From Candidatus Latescibacterota bacterium (GTDB taxonomy: Bacteria > Krumholzibacteriota > Krumholzibacteriia > WVZY01): a stretch of DNA of 64,000 nt. A model generated the notes under the pieces. The model had not been told where the DNA came from. It did no database searches and saw nothing but the letters and a program-made list of their open reading frames with translations. The position numbers and the translations under genes were made by a program. Location of the stretch: positions 192,001 to 256,000 of the forward strand of contig CAWBQK010000006.1 in assembly GCA_963791045.1 (NCBI GenBank). Reading direction: 5' to 3'. Positions 9,506 to 19,823 of this stretch are shown piece by piece (position 1 is the first letter of the stretch; each line of letters begins with the position of its first letter).

Positions 9506-11145
9506 CTAGTCCAGAAGCTCTTCTTGTGATTCGGCATCGCCCCAGGTTTCCAGTTTGAACTGCCCGGGCCGTGTTTCGATAACCTGCCGGAACCACGGGT
9601 CGGGGTACCCCATTTCTTCGGGTCTCCCCTTCTCGTTCTGCACATACCCATCGTTGTATTTGGTGATGAGATACTCGCCGAGACGCTTCCATCGTTCGAC
9701 GACCATTTCTCCCTGCGTCATCGAATAGTTCGTCAGATAGCGTGTCAGAAGCTCGGGATCCTTTTTTGAAAGCTCAACCGCGGTTTTTTCAAAGGACGGT
9801 TGAAGCGAAAGGAACGAACCTTCGATCTCCGATTGAACCCCGCGTATGTCTTCGATCATGTACGAGTACTTGAGATTTGCGAAGTTTGCGACAAAGTTGA
9901 ACACCCACCACGCCGAATCCCACGAAAATTTCCGCAAACTGCCCGTGGCAAACGATGGAGGGATATCGTCGATCCCGCAATAGAGCGGGAAGTAGCAGGT
10001 CGTGTAGGTGTCATCGACCCCATACCAGAGCAGGCCGCCCACCGCATCGGGGAGCCATGATCGCGACTGCGAAACATACGAAAAACCCGTTTGCTGTGTG
10101 GAGATGGGCCGTTCCCACGCGTGTTTCGCTCCGTCGACCTCCCATGTGATCGGACGCCAGCGGTTGGGAGTGCCGTATGGCCCCGCGTCGACTCCCTGTG
10201 TCATATCGAAATCAGTTCCTTCATAGTGGTCGCGCATAAGCGAGAACACATCGCCGACCGAAATCTTTTTGTCGGGTTTGATCCAGAGAGGGTATGGGTC
10301 GGCTCCAACCACACCGCGGTGATAGTCGGAAGAGAGTTCCATCGAAGGCGCCGCTCGCCTGAAAAGGCTCCACACACGTGTCGACGCATATCGGAGCATC
10401 TCGGGATGCGGCGGGTTATAAGCGTCCTTGAAACTGAACGGTTTCCCGGATTCCGGGTCGTAGTAGCCCTTCTCGATGGCAAACGAAATCACGTTCTCCG
10501 AGTAGAGGCAGTTCTTTTTGTCGTCGAGCGGAAACTCGCCGATTCGCGACATGTTGGCGTGCGCGCACACATACCCGTCGGGATACGCCGGGCGACCCAC
10601 TGCGCGCCTTTTCCACCCGGTCCCGGTCCGATGATTTCAAGAAGCCACGCTTCATCAGGGTCGGCGATAGATATCGATTCTCCGGTGCTCCGGTACCCGT
10701 ATTCGTTGACAAGATCAGTCATCACTTCGATGGCTTCGCGGGCTGTTTTGGCGCGCTGCAGGCCCAACTGCATCAGGTGCCAGTAGTGAAGAAGCCCATC
10801 GGGGTTCTCGAGCTCGCTTCGTCCGCCGAAGGTTGTTTCGCCGATCACAAGCTGATGCTCGTTCATCAGGTATGCGACAGAGTTGGAGCGTTTGACCTCT
10901 GGGACGGTTCCTCGCACATTCCCGCTCCAGTCCTTGATTTCATACACGGCGCCGGGTTCGTGATCCGCGGCGGGCGTGTATCTCAGGCGCGGATGGAATT
11001 CGCCATCACATGTATAGGTGATCATTACCGATCCATCGGCCGAAGCCCCTTTGGTCACGATCAGGTTTGTGCAGGCGGCGGCTGGGTTTGCCGCGAACGC
11101 GAGTGCCGACATGACCAGAACAAAGATTAACGCTGTTGACTTCAT
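9506..11145 (-). CDS. C69 family dipeptidase (Ntn hydrolase), one frameshift near 10590
   Basis: Signal peptide followed by the N-terminal nucleophile CTNLIVTKGASADGS; MNEHQLVIGETTFGGR; WVARRIP/DGYVCAHANMSRI; WERPIST; WWVFNFVAN. Confidence 0.88.
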
Positions 11146-11249
11146 GTCCCCTCCATCGGATGCGAAACCGAGTGTTTCTTGAAGCGCGGGTGATAGATTT
11201 GGGTTATACTACTGGGCAACAGCATACGACAAAATTAAGGAGTCATCAA

Positions 11250-13484
11250 ATGTTCAATCCTGCCGACACATGGAAGCGCTCGCGCGGCATCGCGTTCATC
11301 GGCAATTATCTTCCCCGAGTTTGCGGCATCGCCACATTCACATATGATCTCGCGGAGGCGGTGGCCAAGCAGGCGGGGAAGGATCAGCCCGTGATCGTCG
11401 CCGCGATGAATAACAATACAGAAGGCTATAATTATCCCGACAGAGTCAAATTCGAAATCCGGCAGGATCATCAGCTCGACTATTCACGCGCCGCGGACTT
11501 TTTGAATTTCAGCACGATAGACGTCGTATGTCTTCAGCACGAGTACGGCATTTTTGGCGGAGAATGGGGCTCGAATCTGCTTTCTCTTATTCGGGATCTC
11601 GACCGGCCGCTCGTGATGACCTGTCACACGGTGATAAAGGAAGTGGACCCGTTTCAGAAGAAAGTGTTCAAGGAGCTCACAGCCCGCGCTGCCAAGGTTG
11701 TTGTGATGAGCGAGAAAGCGGTTGGATTTCTCGAGGATATCTACGATGTGGACAGCGATAAGATCGCACTCATACCGCACGGAATCCATGACGTTCCCTT
11801 TATCGATCCGAACTACTATAAGGACAAGTTTGGAGTAGAGGGCCGGCAAATGCTCCTTACATTCGGTCTTCTTCATCAGAACAAGGGGATCGAGTATATG
11901 ATCGAGGCGCTGCCCGCGGTCGTCGAGCGCCATCCGCTGACCACATACCTTGTTCTTGGAATGACTCATCCCTCTGTTATCGAGAAAGAGGGAGAGTCAT
12001 ACCGGCTCAGTCTCCAACGCCGGGTGCGCGATCTCGGTCTCGAGGACCACGTGCTTTTTCATCCGCGGTTTGTCGAGCTCGACGAGCTTCTCGAGTACAT
12101 CGGGGCGTCGGACATTTGCGTGACGCCGTATCTCGCGATGGAACAAATCACGAGCGGCGCGTTATCATATGCTATGGGAAGTGGAAAGGCCGTAATTTCG
12201 ACGCCTTACTGGCATGCAGAAGAGCTTCTCGGCGACGGTCGCGGCCGTCTTGTGCCCCCTGAGGATTCCGCGGCCCTGTCAAAAGAAATCCTGTCGCTTC
12301 TCGACAATCCAATCGATCTCAACGCGATGCGAAAGCGGGCATACCAGTACTGCCGCACCATGACGTGGTCATCCACGGCGGGGCAATATTTAAAACTGTT
12401 TGACGAAGTCCGGAGCCGGATTTCGAGATCGGTGCCGACGGCGTCGGCGATGGCGCGGCCGCTTGCCGCCACCAACCTCCCGCTTCCCAAACTGGATCAT
12501 CTCGTTCGATTGAGCGACGACACGGGTCCCGCGCACCACGCACGACACGCCGTAGCGGACTGGCGTTACGGGTATCGGATGGAGGACGCCGCTGCGACAC
12601 TCGTCGTGTCAGTCAAACACCGGACGCAATTCGCCGATGCCAGCGCGGTTCGTCTGGCGGAAACAAGTCTTGGGCTTCTCCAGGTTCTTATTGGTGACGG
12701 CAAGAATCCATCCGAGGGTCTCGATTACGCAAGAAATACAATGGGGCGGGCATCGCAGGAATCGATCGGAAAGGCGATCTGGGCGCTCGGGTACGTCGTT
12801 AGTCAGGAGGACGCGGTTCTGGCCCCGGCGGCCAATGATATTCTGCAGAGTCTGCTTCCGCAAACGGAGATCAATAGTTTGAGGGGCGCCGGTTACGCGG
12901 TCCTCGGCGCGAGCAATTATCTGGCGCATTATCCGGGCGCGTCGGACGTAAGGCGTTTTCTGGAACGGCAGGCGGCCATCCTCGTTTCGGGCTGCGAATC
13001 TGAAGATTGGGTTCGAGCATGGAGCGACACCGACTGGCCGGTTGCATTGCAGGCGCTCACCGTGGCCGCATCGGTTCTGGGACGCGAAGAAATGAAAGTC
13101 CTGTCGCATATTCTTACCGATAAACTGTTGGAGGTCACGTCCGGCGGAACCGTGTTTCTGCGGCTGGGTGAGAATCCCGACGAAGAGGAAACTCCGATAA
13201 CGGCGGCCGCATTCATCGAAGCGCTCGGCGCCGTTTTCTATGCCGAACGAGACAGGGAACTGTTGTATCCGATTCGTGCCGCTGCCGACTGGTTCCTGGG
13301 AGATAACCGAAAAAGAGAAGCGCTCTACGAGTTTTCGACGGGCGGCTGCCACGATGCGGTGACGGCGTCGGGATTGAACCGTAATCAGGGAACCGAAGCG
13401 ACTGTTTTCTGCCTGCTCGCTTTCACTACTCTCCACCGGCTCGCCGGGATCGACGCGGCGACCGAAGCCGACAGCACCAACTAA
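11250..13484 (+). CDS. GT4 glycosyltransferase with a C-terminal helical glycoside-hydrolase-like domain
   Basis: IGNYLPRVCGIATFT, LQHEYGIFGG, IPHG, TFGLLHQNKGIE, QITSGALSYA, VISTPYWHAEELL; C-terminal LDHLVRLSDDTG...GGCHDAVTASGLNRNQGTE. Confidence 0.88.
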   Translation: MFNPADTWKRSRGIAFIGNYLPRVCGIATFTYDLAEAVAKQAGKDQPVIVAAMNNNTEGYNYPDRVKFEIRQDHQLDYSRAADFLNFSTIDVVCLQHEYGIFGGEWGSNLLSLIRDLDRPLVMTCHTVIKEVDPFQKKVFKELTARAAKVVVMSEKAVGFLEDIYDVDSDKIALIPHGIHDVPFIDPNYYKDKFGVEGRQMLLTFGLLHQNKGIEYMIEALPAVVERHPLTTYLVLGMTHPSVIEKEGESYRLSLQRRVRDLGLEDHVLFHPRFVELDELLEYIGASDICVTPYLAMEQITSGALSYAMGSGKAVISTPYWHAEELLGDGRGRLVPPEDSAALSKEILSLLDNPIDLNAMRKRAYQYCRTMTWSSTAGQYLKLFDEVRSRISRSVPTASAMARPLAATNLPLPKLDHLVRLSDDTGPAHHARHAVADWRYGYRMEDAAATLVVSVKHRTQFADASAVRLAETSLGLLQVLIGDGKNPSEGLDYARNTMGRASQESIGKAIWALGYVVSQEDAVLAPAANDILQSLLPQTEINSLRGAGYAVLGASNYLAHYPGASDVRRFLERQAAILVSGCESEDWVRAWSDTDWPVALQALTVAASVLGREEMKVLSHILTDKLLEVTSGGTVFLRLGENPDEEETPITAAAFIEALGAVFYAERDRELLYPIRAAADWFLGDNRKREALYEFSTGGCHDAVTASGLNRNQGTEATVFCLLAFTTLHRLAGIDAATEADSTN

Positions 13485-13516
13485 TTTCAATACGGCACGG
13501 GTCCTGTCATCGGTCA

Positions 13517-13784
13517 CCCCGCGCTTGCTCGCTTACGAGCGCGGAGTCACGAGGTATGACGACCTCTGCGACTGCTGCGAACGCTCGACGTGCGCGGGGG
13601 CCCACCGAGCCACCCGTGCCTGCTCTTGATGAGGACGGTGCGGTCTTCGAAAGCCCTTTCGCGGGAGCGAGGGAGGATCCACCGTCGGCGGAGCCGGCGG
13701 TTAGCGACCACCGGGAATCAGGCGGAACAATCGTGATCCGCCTGGCGACCGAAGCGGAGCGAGGGCCAGAAAGACCGCACCGTC
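13517..13784. repeat. Highly structured intergenic element (REP/MITE-like) between convergent genes
   Basis: Perfect 14-bp inverted repeat GACGGTGCGGTCTT (13634-13647) / AAGACCGCACCGTC (13771-13784), plus a separate long hairpin CCCCGCGC...GCGCGGGG (~13517-13600). Confidence 0.5.
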
Positions 13785-13833
13785 TGAATTGGGACAATCG
13801 GCGAGGGAACCCGTGCCGGGGGCCAATTTCGCG

Positions 13834-16800
13834 TTACTTGTCGTTGAGTGTCGGGACGAGATCCCGGAGGCGCCCTTTCGCGACGCCAATCGCCGTATCG
13901 GCGGCGCCGTAATAGACGAAGATCTCGTCATCCAGATCGATGATTTCCTTGTCGACGGCGGGCACCGCGCCGCAGGTAAACACCACGTGAGGAACCCAGA
14001 AGTCGCCGTTGCCCGTGCCGCCGATCTCAAAATCGATTTCCGGTTCGAGGATCGGGTTGGGCGACTGGTAGATGCACGTTTGAAGGATCTTCGAGATCCA
14101 TAAACAGTACGCCCAGACGGTACGACCGTTCGTAATCCACGCCGTGATAGATATTGAGCCACCCGTGCGTGGTCTTTATCGGCTGGCGCTCCCGCGCCGA
14201 CCTTCACGCCGTCCCACATCATCCCCGGCCGCGGGCCCGGTGACGATTTTTTGACCGGTTCGCGGCCATGGACAGTTCAGGTCGTCGAGATACGAGATCC
14301 ACATGTTCGGGTCGATTCGGTGGTAGATGACATAGCGTTCGTCGAACTTCTCGGGGTAAAGCACGGCGTCCTTGTTCGGCAGCCCCGGGAAACCCAGCCC
14401 GTGCCGTTGCCATTTCTCAAAATCGTGTTTTAGAAACGACTCGACGGGAATCGAAGCCATCGCTATCTGTGCCAACTTTTTGTCCCACGCGGTGTAGAGC
14501 ATGTACATCCGTCGCCGATGATCGTGACACGAGGATCTTCCGTTCCCCATTTCTCTGTGTCGTACTCAGCATATTGGCGTCGGGGGAGAAAATCGGATCC
14601 GTGAGGCGGCCCTCAATAGTGAACCCCGTCTTTTGTCCAGGCAAGACCGACACGTGAAATCTCATCGTCGCCGAATGCCCGGTAGAGAATATAGATTGTG
14701 CCGTCTATGCGGACGACCGCCGCATTGAGAACATAACGAGATTCCCAGTAGTGATCGGCGATGGGTTCGAGAATTGGACCTTCCACCGGTCGTACGAGCT
14801 TGCCGGCCGCTTTCGGAATGGCATCGAGCGCCTGGCGGACCACGATCTCGTCGGGATCCGCCGTAACACCGAGAAGTTCGTCGCGAAGGTTTTCAGACTC
14901 GCGGCCTTCGCCAATCATCTCGACAATCTTGTCGTCGATCGTCTCTTCGTCGCCCAGGCCCGACTTGGTAAGGTACGATTCAAGAAAGTCCCGAGTCGCC
15001 CAATCGCGTTCAACCAGCGAGGAGAGCGGCGTCGGAGCGCCAAAGCCGCCGCGGCTGCTGTAACTCGTCCATGTCCATGCGGAAAGCGGGACAAACGTGG
15101 CGTCGGGGAGCGTGATCGACAGGTGGTACGATTCCGCGACCGCTTTCAGGAGGCGCGCCGGTTCTTCGGTCGCCGAATCCTGAGCGAGTTTTTCGGCAAG
15201 CCGGGCGAGCCGATCACGGACGACGCGCTGCTGCTGAGTTTTCAAAAGCGTTGTGGGCGCTCAGAACATGACGGCCCCAATGACCGCGCACGGACGCGAC
15301 AGGCGTTGGGCGAAATCACTCTTTTCGACCGCATACCTTTGCCAGATATTTGAGAACTGTTCCGCCCCGACAATGGTCTTGGCCAGGCTCAACATGAACC
15401 AAAGCTTTGGATACTCACCGCCCCAGCCCTTCTGCATCGAACCGACCATCACGCGCCCGGCGAGTCGCGCCAGCGCGGTGATACCGCGAAGCTCGGTGAG
15501 GTTCGTCATGCGGTTCAGGTCAACGACCACCGATTCGAGCGGCGCGAGATGGAACCACGATCGATCACCGTCCTTCTCGATGATGTCCAGGATCTGCTCG
15601 AGATAAAGCTGGCGGTCGGTCCACGACGCCATCCCGAGCGCGTTGTTGGGCTCCATCTCCTGGAGCAGACCACCAACGTTTCGACAGCCGAGCTGCATGA
15701 TGAGGTTTCGCGGTGGCGCCTGTTTCAGGATCTTCTCGGCGATTTCCGGTTTGAGCTGAAACGTCATTCCGCGATCGAAACCGTCGTCAGCTCCGTTTCC
15801 GGCTGGAGCGGTTCCGTCGGCGAAAGCGGAAAACACGTCATCGGTCATCCGGCGCGTGCCCTCAACCGTGGCGAGATCGTACGGGTAGAGACTCGTGTCA
15901 AAAGACCAGTTGAGATTGTTCATCAGTCCCTGGACGCGGGACAGGATCTCGGAGGATGAGGCGACCTTTTTGAGCCCCAGATGTTTACGGAGAAAACGCG
16001 TGAATTCCCGCCGGTACCGTTCGATTTGTTTGAGGTACACATCGCGGGCGAAAACAAAATTTCCATCGGCTTTATCGAGTTCTTGCGGGACGATAACTCC
16101 GACGTGTGGCACGAACTCCCAGGCACCCACCATCGGCAGATACGTTGTGCGTTTTTGCCTCGTGATCGAGCCAGTCCTCGCGAAAAGAGGGCCACTCGCT
16201 CACGAACAGATCTGCCTGCCGCTCCACGATTCCTTCGGCATGCTGCCTGATCAGGCCTTCGGCGGTGACCGCGTCGATGCGGTCGGCCGCGAGCAGGTCT
16301 TCTTCCGTCTTTCTGATTTCGATATATAAATCCGGCAATGCGGGCAAGAAAAAGAGGGAAGAGCGCGTCGATGATGTCGTCGGGATGGAATTGCTTTTCA
16401 TATCGGAACGCGATCAGAAATCTGTGAAGGACTTTTATCCAGTCTTTTTCGGTCAGCCCCGTCCCGTTGGGTCCTTCGTCGGCGAGCCGCTCCATCCGAT
16501 GACGGAGTTCGTCGGGGATGATCTCAAAGAGAACGGTGTGATCGAAATGGTTGAATTCGTATTTGAATCGACGGTGGATTTCTTTTGGTTCGATCGACAG
16601 TCGCGGCGTCATTACGTCGATATAAGGCCCGGACACTCTGGGCGCCTCGATGGGGTCCGTGCGTTCGAGCCATTTTTTGCTGTGTCGCACAACCTGGTTG
16701 AAGAGGGCGTGCGTAGCCTGGCGGAAAGCCGGTTTGAGCTTTCCCACTCTGTGTTTGAACGCGGCCGCGCCGAGCGGAACTTCGCATATTACGAGATCCT

Positions 16801-17533
16801 CGGCGAGCGCGTGGGTAACCAGCCACGGCTCGAACCCATACGCGCCGGGGTCTTCCGTTCCGTAATCGGCGGCGGAGAGACATGAGCGCACGAGCCGCGC
16901 GGAAAGCGCCATAACACCGGGCGCCGGTTGCCTGAGACGGAATCCGAACACGCCTGTAAAAATCGGAGACTCGACAAAAGACTCAACCGCACGCGCAAGC
17001 GGGTCGCGGCTGAAACGGGGAAGCGCGAGATCCTGTTCCTGGTCGTGGACGGGTGTGAGCAGACGCTTTATCCATGTCGCCGAAAAACCCTGCCCTTCTT
17101 CATCGGCGCCGTTTGATTGTGGGCTTATATCCGGTGGAAGCAGTACAAGCGGCACGCCGAACCGTGACGCCGCCTCGAGAATCGAATGATTGCAACACCC
17201 GCGTCCCTCGAGACCGCGCGCATGGAGAAAACCATGGACGAAAACCCCGTGATCGTCCTTGCCCTTTTCGAGCGCGGCGTCGAGCGCGTTTGTGCTGCCT
17301 TCGGGCCCAACGCAGAGAACAATCGATTTGCCCGCGAGCCCAGCCCGTTCGAGACCGCGGCATGCCGTCTCGACGACGCCGGGCAGTGTGTCGTCTTCGT
17401 CATAAAATGGTATGCCGACGACGGCCTCGATCCCGTCAAGGTGGGCTACCGGCGCGAGTCCGCGTTCGATATCGTCTTCGATTTGTTTTAACCGGGCCCG
17501 ACGTTTGTCCGTCTTGTGGTTGATCCGCTTCAC
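13834..17533 (-). CDS. Large fusion: N-terminal GT-A glucosylglycerate/mannosylglycerate-synthase-like domain, unknown central region, C-terminal GH130 glycosidase/phosphorylase (multiple frameshifts)
   Basis: N-terminal VVGIPFYDEDDTLPGVVETACRGL...LRQP...YGFEPWL. C-terminal PILEP..WESRYVLNAAVV..YILYRA, EDPR, MLYTAWD, NKDAVLYPEK..YHRIDPNMW, WDGVKVGAGAP, VPHVVFTCG, VYYGAADTAIGVA, ending at TAA 13834-13836. The intermediate frames join up across apparent indels. Confidence 0.7.
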
Positions 17534-17801
17534 GAAACCGCCTCTGTGTTTGTTGATCCCCCGATCGCGGCTTGTCTGGTCTCTATAGCCGGTTATCTTG
17601 CCGAACCGGAGATGCCTAAATCAAGCGGCAAATGCGAAAAATCGAATCTTCGGGGTCCGGCGACAAGCCGTGCGGGACTCAGGAAGTTGTTCAAGTTAAT
17701 CGTTTTAGCGCAATAAATGTGCCACCGGCAAAACGACCCTCGGGCAGACATTCGGGGTTGACTATGTGATCGGGGTATATGCGATACGTATAGCGTTGTT
17801 G

Positions 17802-18755
17802 TTAAACGAGTTGCGGTATTGGGGTCCTGGTGCGCGCGGCGCGGCGATTCGCACCGGCCGCCCGTGCGATCGCCACTCCCGGGGGGCGATTGCCAAAGAT
17901 GGCGAAACGGTTGGTGGAATCGGAGGGTGGTTCCGACGGGCATCGACGTACCAGGCGAGAGGCGAGGTCGGAGAGCGATCCCTTCAAGCGAGGCACAACC
18001 GGGCCTTTGCCCGCGGCGCTTGTGTGGAAACGGTCCACCCGAAATCCCGCGGTGATCAGATGCTTTCGGAGAGACGATGCTTCGCCCGCCAAATTGGTTT
18101 GTCTTATCGACGCGCAAAGGGGCTCGGCAGAATCAAAACCAAACGAGAAACCGCGTTCGGAAAAATCAAAGAGTGTATCAAAGAACAACTCCGGATCGGC
18201 GGTGTCACGGATTCCCGCGCGGGATACAAACACATCGCATTCGATCCCGATTCGTTTGGTATAGAAATGAACGTCCTCGATGTTTCCACAAATATAGTGG
18301 TCGGCTTTGTTGCCCGTCGCACGGCCGACAGCCCGCGCGTCGTCACACAACGCGTCGTCCGGATTCGCGTAGATGATTGTTCCGATATTGCATTCGCGGG
18401 CGATTAGCGAAAGAATTCCAAAACCATCGTTGAAAGCGACAAGAGTGAGATCGCTGAACGGTTTATCGTCAACGGGGAGCGCCCACGCGAATGTCTGCGC
18501 CGCTCGTTCGATTGCCGATCGAAGCGTCCACCGGGCGCGAGGCAAACGTGAAAAGCGGCCAGGCGAAAGTGGGTCCGTCCCCTCCTGTTTCGCGCAGGGG
18601 ATTTCAAAAAGGATCTTTCTTGAGGCCTCGGTGAGAGAGAGGTTTTCGCCGTCGAGATGGGCGAGCTTATCGCTCACAGAAAAAATGGCGGCGCTCACCA
18701 CGCCGGCGAGATCGCGGTCCTTGGGGTAATCTGTAAATCCTCTAAAAATTCGCAT
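17802..18755 (-). CDS. Hypothetical protein, possibly a degenerate class I SAM-methyltransferase fold
   Basis: Long ORF; LTLVAFNDGFGILSLIARECNIGTIIYAN...YICGNIEDV resembles methyltransferase motif I/II, but the glycine-rich loop is not canonical. Confidence 0.45.
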   Translation of the reverse strand: MRIFRGFTDYPKDRDLAGVVSAAIFSVSDKLAHLDGENLSLTEASRKILFEIPCAKQEGTDPLSPGRFSRLPRARWTLRSAIERAAQTFAWALPVDDKPFSDLTLVAFNDGFGILSLIARECNIGTIIYANPDDALCDDARAVGRATGNKADHYICGNIEDVHFYTKRIGIECDVFVSRAGIRDTADPELFFDTLFDFSERGFSFGFDSAEPLCASIRQTNLAGEASSLRKHLITAGFRVDRFHTSAAGKGPVVPRLKGSLSDLASRLVRRCPSEPPSDSTNRFAIFGNRPPGVAIARAAGANRRAARTRTPIPQLV

Positions 18756-18923
18756 AGATTGCCTGATCGGCGGCGTTTGAGTGCAGTGCAATTTTGGCCA
18801 TTCATGGCCGATAAGCGTGAAAAGCGCAATTAATATGCCAGGGTGGTGGGTTCGGTGGGGACGACGAAATTTTGGATGTGAGGGCGAGCGTTGCTGCAGA
18901 TTGTTCTGCTGTGTAACTGGTTG

Positions 18924-19150
18924 TCATAAAACCCGGTACGGAGTTGTCGAGGGTCCGAGACCCGTGAGATGGTGCTTTGCATTCTCGAGTAACACGAGAT
19001 CCTTGTCCGCCGTTTTCCAGAATTCGAGGAATTTGCGGTAGTTTGCGATGGCCAACCTCGTGTCGCCCTTCCGCTCGTACACCTGCCCGAGGAGAAAGTA
19101 GCTGGGGACATACTCGGTCGTAAGCACGCCCGACCAATTTGCCGGGGCGC
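18924..19150 (-). pseudogene. Orphan C-terminal TPR fragment typical of Ser/Thr kinase-TPR proteins
   Basis: YVPSYFLLGQVYERKGDTRLAIANYRKFLEFWKTADKDLVLLENAKHHL, with no credible upstream coding region. Confidence 0.55.
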
Positions 19151-19222
19151 ATTTACAAAAATATGCTAAGCTGTCCCACCCTTCACAATAAACATGAGTC
19201 AACTGAAACGAAAAGACGAGTT

Positions 19223-19810
19223 GTGAAAAAGATAACATTGTTTGCGGCGGCGATGATTGTCGTCGCGGTGGGATGTGCAAAAAAGGACGTCGTCAAGGAC
19301 GCGCAGCCGGAGCAACCGGTCGAAGCCATCGAACCGGCCGATTCGACGCCGGTCGCAATAGATTTCCATGCGAACATATCCGTCATAGATGTTTTCGACG
19401 ATCGTTCCGGTGTCGAAGAACCGGATCGGCTGCTCCACATGCCCGACTGGACTATCGTCGGGCAGAAGGACGTCATAAGACCGGCGCTTCTCGATGAACA
19501 CAGAGAGATCATCAGTGGGGAAACACAAAGTTATTTCTCGCCGGGGACGAAAACGGTTTCGGTGGAGGTTTACGTGTTGGAGGGGAAGCAGTCTTATCTC
19601 GCCGGTGAACGCAAGGAAACGATTACTGCCGAGTTCAGAGTCAGAATCGAGATCGCTAATCTCGATGCCGTGCACGACGTGAAAACGGCCACGGGGTACG
19701 CCTCGATCGACAAAGAAGAGCTCGAAATCAACTACCAGGACGTCCACGCGCTCTACGAAGAGGCGATCCGCGCGAGCATCCGCAACGCTCTTGGTCACAT
19801 CGAGGATTAG
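19223..19810 (+). CDS. Hypothetical lipoprotein
   Basis: GTG start, MKKITLFAAAMIVVAVGC lipobox. Confidence 0.75.
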   Translation: MKKITLFAAAMIVVAVGCAKKDVVKDAQPEQPVEAIEPADSTPVAIDFHANISVIDVFDDRSGVEEPDRLLHMPDWTIVGQKDVIRPALLDEHREIISGETQSYFSPGTKTVSVEVYVLEGKQSYLAGERKETITAEFRVRIEIANLDAVHDVKTATGYASIDKEELEINYQDVHALYEEAIRASIRNALGHIED

Positions 19811-19823
19811 CCCCGCGCTGGAC

